In this document: positions 1-9,900 of the stretch, one piece after another | Numbering within the stretch: position 1 is the stretch's first letter | Layout: each line of letters starts with the position of its first letter | Origin: an uncultured Clostridia bacterium | Lineage (GTDB): Bacteria > Bacillota > Clostridia > TANB77 > UBA1234 | Direction of reading: 5' to 3' | Length of the DNA: 52,398 nucleotides | Assembly: GCA_947588905.1 (NCBI GenBank) | Contig: CANQBB010000004.1 | Location: 1-52,398, forward strand | Made by a program: the position numbers and the translations under genes | The notes under the pieces: generated by a model | Databases searched by the model: none | Told to the model about the DNA's origin: nothing | The model's input: only the letters and a program-made list of their open reading frames with translations

Positions 1-1
1 T

Positions 2-1240
2 GCTTTTATTACAGCACCAGGTGTTGATGCAGCAAGACTAAACCTTATTTCTTCTTCTGGTTTTGTATCAGTTGTTAATGTAATTACTGGTGGAGCATTT
101 TCAAACTTATCAATATTTGCAATGTCAATAAGCCCTTATATTACTGCATCAATTATAATTCAATTATTAACCTTTGCTATTCCAGCTTTAGAAAATATAT
201 CTAAAGATGGAGAAGCTGGAAGAAAGAAAATTTCAGCATATACAAGATATGCTGCTGTAGTATTAGCTGCTATTGAAGCATTTGCATTATATTTAACATA
301 TAGAGGTCAAGGAGTATTTTTATCTAATGGAGTTTTGGCTCCAATGCTATTTGTATTATCATTAACAGCAGGTTCAACTTTGCTTATGTGGATTGGTGAA
401 CAAATTAGTGCTAGAGGAATTGGAAATGGTATTTCATTATTGATTTTTGCTGGTATCGTTTCTGGTATTCCAAATGCAGCAACATATTTATGGAGCTTAA
501 TATTTGTTGATGGTGTATTTAGTGCTACAGGCTTACTTATAGCAATAGCTGTTTTAATAGGAGCAGTTGTTTTGGTTGCAGGTGTTGTTTGGGTAACAGA
601 AGCAGAAAGAAGAGTAAGTGTACAATACGCAAAGAGAGTTGTTGGAAGAAAAATGTATGGTGGACAAAGTACATATATTCCTATGAAACTTAATATGGCA
701 GGTGTTATGCCAGTTATCTTTGCAATGTCATTATTACAATTCCCTGCAATGATTATTCAATTAGTTAATAATAATGTTGCTACAAGCACAGGATTTTGGG
801 CAGGAGTATATAAAGTATGTGCATTTACTTCAATGAATTGGAGTGGAGCATCAACTTCAGAAATGGTTACATTCGGACTAATTCATATAGTAGTATATTT
901 GTTATTGATATTTGGATTTACATTCTTCTATACAATTGCAATGGCATTTAATACTTATGAAGTTTCAGAAAACTTAAGAAAGAATGGTGGATTTATTCCC
1001 GGAGTTAGAGCTGGAAAGCCTACTAAAGAATATTTAGATTCAATATTACACAATATTACAATTTTTGGTGCATTCTTCTTAGCAGTAATAGCTGTATTAC
1101 CAATACTTACAGCTTTCGCTGGATTACAAATATCTTTTGGAGGAACTGCAATCTTAATCGTTGTAGGTGTTGCACTTGAATCTGTTAAAGCTCTTGAATC
1201 ACAAATGCTTACAAGACATTATAAAGGATTTTTAGATTAG
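2..1240 (+). CDS. secY: Preprotein translocase SecY (5'-truncated by window edge)
   Basis: Frame open from position 2; motifs ISPYITASIIIQLL, GIGNGISLLIFAGI, IPMKLNMAGVMPVIFA, GGFIPGVRAG, FGGTAILIVVGV. Confidence 0.97.
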   Translation, partial: AFITAPGVDAARLNLISSSGFVSVVNVITGGAFSNLSIFAMSISPYITASIIIQLLTFAIPALENISKDGEAGRKKISAYTRYAAVVLAAIEAFALYLTYRGQGVFLSNGVLAPMLFVLSLTAGSTLLMWIGEQISARGIGNGISLLIFAGIVSGIPNAATYLWSLIFVDGVFSATGLLIAIAVLIGAVVLVAGVVWVTEAERRVSVQYAKRVVGRKMYGGQSTYIPMKLNMAGVMPVIFAMSLLQFPAMIIQLVNNNVATSTGFWAGVYKVCAFTSMNWSGASTSEMVTFGLIHIVVYLLLIFGFTFFYTIAMAFNTYEVSENLRKNGGFIPGVRAGKPTKEYLDSILHNITIFGAFFLAVIAVLPILTAFAGLQISFGGTAILIVVGVALESVKALESQMLTRHYKGFLD

Positions 1241-1255
1241 AATATAAATAAAATG

Positions 1256-1290
1256 AAAAAACACTTTGATTTGCTCAAGGTGTTTTTTTA
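1256..1290 (+). terminator. Rho-independent terminator after secY
   Basis: AAAAAACACTTTGA..TCAAGGTGTTTTTTT hairpin plus T tract. Confidence 0.75.
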
Positions 1291-1434
1291 TTTTATTTAT
1301 ATATTTTAAATAATGTGATAATAGAGACTATAAGCATCCGTAAGAAAATCTTTGATTTTTATTCTTACTATCTTGCTTATAAAAATACTAAATGATATAA
1401 TATTCATATACTTATACGAAGGAGGAAACTTTGT

Positions 1435-2610
1435 ATGGCGAAGGAAGATACAAGAGCGGAACTTGAACAAGATATTAGAAGTCTTGAAGAAAAAATAAAT
1501 GATGTATTGTCTCAAGAAACAATTGATTTTAGTGAATTAACTAAATTACAAGATGAAAAAGAAAGACTAGAAAAACTGTTGACATTGGAAGAAAAAGAAA
1601 ATGATAATTTAGAAAAAGACGATGATCAAAAAGAAAATAATCAAGAAGAACAAAGTGAACGAGAAGAAAAAGAACCAGAGAAAGATGAACAAGAAGAAAT
1701 AGAGACGGAAAAAGATGAACAGGAAAAGTCGGAAGATAATCATGATGAAATAGGGCAAGAAGATAAAGATGATAAGCAAGACGTTGAAGAAGAAATATAT
1801 GATAATAGAGAACCAGAAGAAGAGTCAAAAACTCCAGAAGAATGGAGAAGAGAATCTGGCATAAGAGCGTTAGGATTACAAGAAGGTAAAGAATACACAA
1901 GAGAAGAATTTTTGGGACAACCAGGCATAGTATATATGGTAGAATTGCCAGGAAAAGCAGAAAATTTTTTAGGAAAAGATGCTAAAGAATGGGACAAAAT
2001 AAAAACATCAGTATCTTGTTTATATGATGCTGTAAGAGATAATAGATTTCCTGCAAAAATAAATAATGCTGAAACATATATTTTACTTCAATATGATAAA
2101 GATAAAGTAATGGATAAAGATGAAAATCCAGATAAATCTGGATATGCCAGAATAGACAAAAATGATATTGATGCTGCGACAACTGAAAAAGAAGATAAAG
2201 CACATGATGATGAAAAAGATGAAGATAACGAAAAAGAGGAACCACAAGAAAAAAAACAAGGAATCTGCAAATCTATATGGAATAAGGCACAGGCTGTCAT
2301 TGGAAGTAAAGAGTTAAGAAAAATATTAGCAAAAATTATTGCAAAAGAAATAGTTCCTATGATTATTGCATCTAGTAGTCCAGCAATAGGGGTAGCAAGT
2401 TCTTTGGTAGCAAACCTTGCGACATCGATAATAGAAGCAAATCCTAAAGAAATCTTTGAAGGAATTCCTAAAGGAGATTTGAGTAAGGTTGGTAAGGATA
2501 TTCAACATGGAGTTTTAGATCCAAATATGGGAAATGAAGAAAAACTTAATGAAGAAGAATTAGAAGAAGAGGAAGAATTCTTGCCAGGATTTCCTCCACC
2601 TATGCATTAA
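1435..2610 (+). CDS. Hypothetical highly acidic, low-complexity protein
   Basis: 391-aa ORF with GGAGG RBS; N-terminal coiled coil, E/D/K-rich tracts, acidic Pro-rich C-terminus. Confidence 0.8.
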   Translation: MAKEDTRAELEQDIRSLEEKINDVLSQETIDFSELTKLQDEKERLEKLLTLEEKENDNLEKDDDQKENNQEEQSEREEKEPEKDEQEEIETEKDEQEKSEDNHDEIGQEDKDDKQDVEEEIYDNREPEEESKTPEEWRRESGIRALGLQEGKEYTREEFLGQPGIVYMVELPGKAENFLGKDAKEWDKIKTSVSCLYDAVRDNRFPAKINNAETYILLQYDKDKVMDKDENPDKSGYARIDKNDIDAATTEKEDKAHDDEKDEDNEKEEPQEKKQGICKSIWNKAQAVIGSKELRKILAKIIAKEIVPMIIASSSPAIGVASSLVANLATSIIEANPKEIFEGIPKGDLSKVGKDIQHGVLDPNMGNEEKLNEEELEEEEEFLPGFPPPMH

Positions 2611-2627
2611 GGAAAGGGTGAACACAA

Positions 2628-3077
2628 ATGACAAAAGTAACAAAAAAAGCATATACAGAGGTAGATGAAATATTAAAATATTTACCAGATGAATATGTAG
2701 AAAAAGTGCCATTGAAATATAGAAGAATGATGCATGATTGTAAAGATGAAAGTTATAAGGTTAATATAGACCCCAATAAATCAATAGATGAACAAAAAAT
2801 TTTATATGAAACTAGGGTGATACTTGCATATTTTAGATATTATTATTGGTGTAAATCTGAAGAAGATAAAAAACAAATGGATGAGATATTGAAACAAAAT
2901 GAAGAAAAGATTAAAGACAGATATGATTTTTCAAAATTAAACGAACGACCTCAAGACGCAAATAAACTTTCTGTTGCACAAGAAAAAGAAAAAGCAAATA
3001 ATTTACCTATGGTAGTCGAAAAGAAATCGTGGTTTTCAAAGTTTATATTAAAAATAAAAAATATATTTAAAAAATAG
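2628..3077 (+). CDS. Hypothetical protein
   Basis: 149-aa ORF with AAAGGGTG RBS; ends in amphipathic WFSKFILKIKNIFKK. Confidence 0.8.
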   Translation: MTKVTKKAYTEVDEILKYLPDEYVEKVPLKYRRMMHDCKDESYKVNIDPNKSIDEQKILYETRVILAYFRYYYWCKSEEDKKQMDEILKQNEEKIKDRYDFSKLNERPQDANKLSVAQEKEKANNLPMVVEKKSWFSKFILKIKNIFKK

Positions 3078-3092
3078 TTTGGAGTGATTAAA

Positions 3093-3776
3093 ATGAAATC
3101 TTTTGTAAAATTTTTAGTAACACTTATTGTAGTTGCATTAGTTGGATTTGTAGTATATTATGTATTGATTTATGGTGGGGTTAGAAATGATAATTTATCT
3201 GGAGATATAAATACAAATGCTGAACATGAAGATCAATCAGGAGAAATTTCAAATCAAGTTTCTGGCGAACATAACCCTGAGATATTTAATAATATAAATG
3301 ATGTAGAACATGAAAATCAATCAGGCGAAGATGAAGTTACACCACCTCCAGTAGTAGTTGACCCTATTGAAGAAATAGATAATATGGTTCAAAATATTGA
3401 AAATAATGAAAATCAAGCAATACTTAAAGAAAATTTAGCACCTGAAATTATAGGGGCTGTAGCAAGAGATTTTTTAACATATTTTAATCAAACAAGTTTA
3501 GCAGTAACAATAAATGTTAAACCGGGAAAGATAGAAGTAATACCTGATATAGATTTCTTGAATAATCAAGTATTTTATTTTGATGATAATGGAAATTTAA
3601 TTTTATACGAAAGCATTTCAAATACTGTTGAAGGAATTAGCAAATATTATTTTAATCAAAATGAAAATATAAAAATAGATAATGAATACGAAGAAGGTGT
3701 AACACCTACAAATGAGGATGTAACAGATATTTTAAGCAGAGCAAAAGCATTGTTTGAAAAATATTCAATTAAATAG
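3093..3776 (+). CDS. Membrane-anchored hypothetical protein with SG[ED] repeats
   Basis: GGAGTG RBS before ATG 3093; N-terminal TM helix followed by acidic linker with SGD/SGE x4. Confidence 0.8.
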   Translation: MKSFVKFLVTLIVVALVGFVVYYVLIYGGVRNDNLSGDINTNAEHEDQSGEISNQVSGEHNPEIFNNINDVEHENQSGEDEVTPPPVVVDPIEEIDNMVQNIENNENQAILKENLAPEIIGAVARDFLTYFNQTSLAVTINVKPGKIEVIPDIDFLNNQVFYFDDNGNLILYESISNTVEGISKYYFNQNENIKIDNEYEEGVTPTNEDVTDILSRAKALFEKYSIK

Positions 3777-3786
3777 GAGGTAAATA

Positions 3787-4443
3787 ATGATTAGATTGAT
3801 AATTTTAGGTGCACCAGGAAGTGGTAAAGGTTCACAATGCAAATGGATTAAAGAAGATTATAATGTACCACATATTTCTACAGGAGATATATTAAGAAAA
3901 AATATTGCTGAAGGAACAGAACTTGGTAAAAAAGCAAAAGATTTTATTGATAGAGGAGAACTTGTACCTGATGAATTAGTAATAGATTTATTAAAAAATA
4001 GACTTGAAGAACAAGACTGCAAAGAAAGAGGATTTTTACTTGATGGTTTTCCAAGAACTTTAGCACAAGCAAAAGCTTTGGATGAATATTTAAATGAAAC
4101 TGGAATAAAAATAGATAAAGTAATAAATCTAGATGTTCCTGATGAAGAAATAATGGTTAGAACAATAAATAGAAGAACTTGTGAAAATCCAAACTGCAAA
4201 GAAATATATCATCTAATTTATAATCCTCCAAAAGTAGAAGGAATATGTGATAAATGCGGAAGCAAATTATCGATAAGAAAAGATGATAATGAAGAAACTG
4301 TAACAAACAGATTAAATGTTTATCATGAACAAACAGAACCTCTTATAAAATATTATGCAGAAGAGGGAATTTTAACTACAGTATCTGGACAAGCAAGTAT
4401 TGAAGATACAGTAGAATTAGTAAAAAAGGCATTAAAAAATTAA
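3787..4443 (+). CDS. adk: Adenylate kinase
   Basis: P-loop GAPGSGKG, HISTGDILR, LLDGFPRT, Zn-lid cysteines. Confidence 0.97.
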   Translation: MIRLIILGAPGSGKGSQCKWIKEDYNVPHISTGDILRKNIAEGTELGKKAKDFIDRGELVPDELVIDLLKNRLEEQDCKERGFLLDGFPRTLAQAKALDEYLNETGIKIDKVINLDVPDEEIMVRTINRRTCENPNCKEIYHLIYNPPKVEGICDKCGSKLSIRKDDNEETVTNRLNVYHEQTEPLIKYYAEEGILTTVSGQASIEDTVELVKKALKN

Positions 4444-4461
4444 GAAAGAGATGATATTTAA

Positions 4462-5223
4462 ATGATTTCTATTAAATCAAAACAAGAAATAGAAAAGATG
4501 CGTGAAGCATGTAGAATAGTTGCATTAGCACATGCAGAAGTAGAAAAGGCATTGCGTGTTGGTATAACTACAAAAGAATTAGATGACATAGTAGAAAGAG
4601 TGTTTAAAGAAAATGGAGCTAATCCTTCTTGCAAAGGATATCCAAGGGGTTCTAGCAATCCATTTCCAGCCGCAAGCTGTATTTCAATAAATGATGAAGT
4701 TATACATGGAATACCTGGTCCAAGAAGAGTCAAAGATGGAGATTTAATTTGCATAGATTTAGTGTGCGATAAAAATGGATTTCATGGAGATGCTACAAGA
4801 TGCTATGTTGTTGGAACTGGCAGTACAGTGGCAAATAAATTAGTAAGAGTTGCAGAGGAAAGCTTTTGGGCAGGATTTAAAAAAGTAAAACCAGGTAATA
4901 GAATTTCAGATATATCTTATGCAATTCAAGATTGTGTTGAAAGAAATGGTTTCTCAGTTGTAAGAGACTTTCAAGGACATGGAATTGGGGAAAGCATGCA
5001 TGAAGATCCAGGAATACCAAACTATGGTAAATTTGGTAAGGGACCAAGATTATCTCCTGGAATGACACTTGCAATAGAACCCATGATAAATGAAGGCAGA
5101 TATCAAGTGGATATTTTAGATGATGGATGGACTGTTATAACTGCGGATGGTATGCTTTCAGCACATTATGAAAATACAGTTTTAGTTACGGAAACAGGAG
5201 CAGAAGTATTAACCAAACTATAA
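4462..5223 (+). CDS. map: Methionine aminopeptidase type I
   Basis: CISINDEVIHGIP, GFHGD, GHGIG..MHEDP, AIEPM, SAHYENT; follows adk. Confidence 0.96.
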   Translation: MISIKSKQEIEKMREACRIVALAHAEVEKALRVGITTKELDDIVERVFKENGANPSCKGYPRGSSNPFPAASCISINDEVIHGIPGPRRVKDGDLICIDLVCDKNGFHGDATRCYVVGTGSTVANKLVRVAEESFWAGFKKVKPGNRISDISYAIQDCVERNGFSVVRDFQGHGIGESMHEDPGIPNYGKFGKGPRLSPGMTLAIEPMINEGRYQVDILDDGWTVITADGMLSAHYENTVLVTETGAEVLTKL

Positions 5224-5251
5224 TTTTATTTGTAAAGTGAGGTGTGGTAAA

Positions 5252-6121
5252 GTGGTAAATGAAGATGTTGAAAAAGAAAATGCTGAACTATACCTTGATA
5301 ACTCTTTAACAGTAAAGAGTAAGATAAATGAAACTAAAGTTAGAATAACTAATAAATTAAATTCTAAAATTAAACAGTTTAAACTATCTGGAATAGAATA
5401 TGATTCTCCAAGTCAAAATATAATAAGTCAAATAAATTCATGGCAATATAATGTTGGACAAGCTAGTAATAGAACAGTTTCAGAAATAAACGAAGAAATG
5501 AATTTTGCAATGAATAATCTTGATATGAAAGAAGAAGAAATTATTGCAATAGAAGAAAATGAATTTAAAAGAGAAATAAAAACAAAAGTTATAGCAATTA
5601 GAGCAAAACAAGAAATGACTGCACTAAAAAAAGAAACAGATGAAATAAATAATGAGAAAATAAACATTATAGAAAAAATGTTTGGAAAGCAAAAAGAAAA
5701 AGAAAACAGGCTAGCAAAGGTTAAAGAAAAGATGAATTTATTAAATGATTTTTCAAACAATACAAAAGCAATTGGATTATCTCATAACGTTACATATAGT
5801 GCTGAAGATGTTTTAGCAGAAATAGAAACAACAATGCATAATGAAAATTTATCTAGTCAAGATAAAAATGAATTAGAAAAATATAAAAATGCAATATATA
5901 ATATGTATAGTGTTGATGAAGAAAAAGTAAAACTAATTGTAAATCAAAAACCAAACAATTTGTTAGAAGATATACGCACAGAAACATTTGCAGAGAAAAA
6001 TGAAAATGCGGAAACATCATTTGAAAAAATTATAAAAAATATTTCATCTAAGTTAGGCATGATAGAACTAAATGAATTAGAAAAATATGGACTTAGTCGA
6101 GACACAGAAGCTAGAAGATAA
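5252..6121 (+). CDS. Hypothetical coiled-coil protein
   Basis: Long ORF; GAGGTG RBS favours GTG 5252; K/E/N-rich helical composition. Confidence 0.75.
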   Translation: MVNEDVEKENAELYLDNSLTVKSKINETKVRITNKLNSKIKQFKLSGIEYDSPSQNIISQINSWQYNVGQASNRTVSEINEEMNFAMNNLDMKEEEIIAIEENEFKREIKTKVIAIRAKQEMTALKKETDEINNEKINIIEKMFGKQKEKENRLAKVKEKMNLLNDFSNNTKAIGLSHNVTYSAEDVLAEIETTMHNENLSSQDKNELEKYKNAIYNMYSVDEEKVKLIVNQKPNNLLEDIRTETFAEKNENAETSFEKIIKNISSKLGMIELNELEKYGLSRDTEARR

Positions 6122-6125
6122 TATT

Positions 6126-6160
6126 AAGAAGTAAGTTAATTATAATTTACTTCTTTTTTT
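6126..6160 (+). terminator. Rho-independent terminator
   Basis: AAGAAGTAAGTTA..TAATTTACTTCTTTTTTT. Confidence 0.7.
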
Positions 6161-6336
6161 ATGCAATAAAAATCTAATCGAGTTTATTTAAAACCATAGT
6201 CCGTAGATGAAAGTAAAGAATTAAATATTATTACAAAAATATTACAAAAAGATTAAGTTTTATAAAACTATATAAAATTATTTTTTATATGATAAAATTT
6301 TGGTATATTGTAAAATAATTTTAGGAGGATGAAGCT

Positions 6337-6933
6337 ATGAAAAAAATATTTTTATTGACACTCTGCATGGTAATGCTAATACCACTTGTGGTAAATGCAG
6401 CATTTTCAGATGTGCCAGCAGGACATTGGGCAGAAACGTATATCAACGAATTAACTTCTAATGGGGTAATAAATGGTTACCCTGATGGAACATTTGGACC
6501 AGAAGGAACTATTACCAGAGCGGAATTTATAAAATTGGTAATTGCAGACTGTATGCCAGATTGGTTAGACATTACTGAAGCAGAAAATAAAATGGACCAT
6601 TGGGCAGGTGGATATGTAAGTATAGCTGAAACATATGGAGTTGTTGAGAAAGGTTCAATCACATCAAAAAATATTGATGAGCCAATAACACGTATGGAAA
6701 TGGCAAAAATAATATCAGTAGCTGATATGGTATTCAAAGATCATGAAGCACAATTTGATAAAAAGCAAGATGATTTTGCAGATACATTATTATTAAGTTA
6801 TGATGATTTATATTTATTAAGACATGCAGTTAATAGAGGTCTAATAACTGGATATCCAGATGGAACATTTGGACCAGATAAATCAATGACAAGAGCAGAG
6901 GCAGCAACAATGATATACAGATTTACTAAATAA
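6337..6933 (+). CDS. S-layer homology (SLH) domain protein
   Basis: Signal peptide; FSDVPAGHWA..GVINGYPDGTFGPEGTITRAEF and GLITGYPDGTFGPDKSMTRAEAA SLH repeats. Confidence 0.92.
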   Translation: MKKIFLLTLCMVMLIPLVVNAAFSDVPAGHWAETYINELTSNGVINGYPDGTFGPEGTITRAEFIKLVIADCMPDWLDITEAENKMDHWAGGYVSIAETYGVVEKGSITSKNIDEPITRMEMAKIISVADMVFKDHEAQFDKKQDDFADTLLLSYDDLYLLRHAVNRGLITGYPDGTFGPDKSMTRAEAATMIYRFTK

Positions 6934-6963
6934 TAGTAGAGAAAATACTAAGGAGGAATAGCG

Positions 6964-9900
6964 ATGAGGAAAAAAATAATAGCCTTAATGTTAATAGTAA
7001 TAACAGTATTATCATTAGGGGTAGTATTTGCAGAAGAAAAAGATGACAGAATATTGAAAAACATAGGAGAAGAAATAACAAGAGTTGTGACAAAGTATAT
7101 GGATGATGAGGAAGAAGAACACACGCATAGTTGGAGCGGATATAAGTATGATTCAGATAGCCATTGGCAAGAATGTTCATGTGGTGCAAAACAAAATAGT
7201 GGAAAGCATAATATGGTATTATATCAAGGAGGATCTGATCAGCATTATCGTAAGTGTAGTACATGCGGAAGAACTGTATATGGTAATCATGACTGGACAG
7301 CTTGGAAATCTGTAGATGAAAATAACCATCAAAGAACATGTAAAGTTTGTGGTAAGGTTGCTACACAAGCACATAATACTGAGTGGAAAAAGGTTGATTA
7401 TAATGAACATAAGAAGGACGTATGTAGTATTTGTAAAGGAGGTCCTTGGCAAGAAAATCACGTAATAACAGGTGGAGCAAAAGGAGTAGATCATAAATGT
7501 AAAAAATGCGATGCAACAGCATCGGACTATGAAGAATGGGGAAGTCAGCATTGGTTTAATTACCCAAATGATGGAGAAAAATGTAATAATCCTAATTGTA
7601 CAGCAACCTTGAAAAGAACAGATAAGCTTGATGAAACAAATATCTCAAAATATCCAATTCAAGACAAATATGAAATGATAGGTTCTGGACATGACTGGGA
7701 AAAAAAGGCTTCTACAGTGACTGTTGATTTTAATTATCCTCCGTATATGACAAAGGAGGATCAAGCTGTAAAAGAAGTTAAATATACTATATTAACTTTT
7801 TTGCATGAAAATTATGCATATCACGATAATGCGTATAAAGATTATCAAGAAGATTGGATAGAGCAAAAACCAGGTGAAGATCTTTTAGAGCTTCCAGAAG
7901 AATATATTCAAGAACCTATATCGAAGTGGGGATTGCAAGCACAAGTATTTGCTGGAATTCATTATACTGAAATTGTTGATACTGTACTTAATGGTAGTGA
8001 AACACATTGGGAAGCTAATTTACCTAGTGGACATGGAGCATTATATCAAGTTATTGTTGATGGACGAACACAAACAGGTTTTGACCACAAAGAGCATTTA
8101 TATGTTAATGGAAGTTGCTCTTTAGCAGGAGGAGCATTAGGTTCAAGTGCGTATACTGAAATTTTAGGGTATGTTAAAGTTATCTATAGAGATATTAATG
8201 CAGAAAAAATTCCTGGAGCACCTCAAGATAAGAATTATACTGAATTAGCATGGTCATATAAAAATTCTGATTTATATATTCCTGTTGATGCAGACCATGA
8301 AAATTTAGATAGATTAGGATGGAGATATAAAGGATATAAACTTTTAACGGGACTTACAACAACGCCAAAAGCTAGTGATTTGAAAAAATTAGAAAAAGAA
8401 AGTCATGTTAATGTAGGACCACTAGGGTTAAATCGTAGACAATATACAGTTGTTTTTGTTTATGAGCCTATAATGTTGGAAATAAAACATTATGTAAAAA
8501 TAGGTAATACAGGAGAAAAAATACTAATAGATACAACTAAAAATACATTAGAACCTGTGGAGTTTCATAATGCGATGAATAGTACAGCAGACCCAAATCA
8601 TGTATGTACAAGTGCAAGTTGTAATTGTAAAATAGAAACGGATGAAGGAAGAGAATATGTTACACAGCATAATATTACTTCACTGAATAAGTTTATATGG
8701 CCAGGATATATATTGCTTGGCTGGGAATTGAATACGAAAGATGGGAAACTTTTAAAAGATGGTTCATATAATGTTGATGTTGATGTAGATAAATTAACAG
8801 ATTCATCTGATTTATCTAAAATAACTACATTTTTGGATGATGATCCACGTATAGAAGAGGTTCAAAAGAAAGTTGGAGTATCTACAGCTTTAAATACAAA
8901 AGAATCAGTTGGTCATAAATCAGATATGGTAATAGAATTTGAATATTCAACAATAACAATCAAAGTAAGTCATCATAACATGAGTGGAGATTATTTGAAA
9001 GATACAAATGGTGTAAACTTAGGTCCAGCTAACATGATTTTAACAGGTGTATCATTCTATATACCATCATTAGTAACATTAGGAACAAACACATGGGGAT
9101 TAACAGGACAAACATATAATGCAGAAGGATATTTGTTCAAGGAAGTAAAAATATTTAATGGAGTTAAAGAATTAGGAACATGGGGACCTGTAGATTCAAC
9201 GTATTTCTGGGCATTTACATCATCTGGAGGAGCAGTAGGACCAGGAATTTTAAATGAGATACAAAAGATAGGAAATGATATAACAGTAAAATTCTATTAT
9301 GAAAGTTTAGAAAATGAAGTAATAGTAAAACATCAAGATACAAATGGAACAACATTAGCACCAGATGAACATCATAAGATGGAACCAGAAGGTGTGGATG
9401 TAATGCCAAAGAAAGAATTGCTAGATAATGGATGGAATAATGAACACTATGAAGATTCTGGAGAAAGACACGATCCACCATATGAGTCAGTACATGTAGA
9501 AAATCAACCAGGAAAGAGAACAATAATATTTGTATATGTAACTACAAAACCAACAAATCCACCAAATCCGGTAACTCCACCACCAGATGGAGGATATACA
9601 CCAGATCCAGATGCAAAAGCAACAGTATTGTTAAGATCAAATACAAGAGGGGATAATGAAGAATATAATGTAGAGACTTCAATACCAACATCTGAAGATT
9701 TATATGGAAATATATATACAAATAGCTTTATCTTAAAGAATGAATATCATTTGAGAACTATGTATGTACCTTTACAAATAAAACTAGTAAAGAAATACTA
9801 TGTAACAAATAACACAGATATAATAAAACAAATGGAAGAAGGAAGAGTAGGAAAAGACATAATAGATGAAGCATCAGAAGAAACAACAACAATTACAGTA

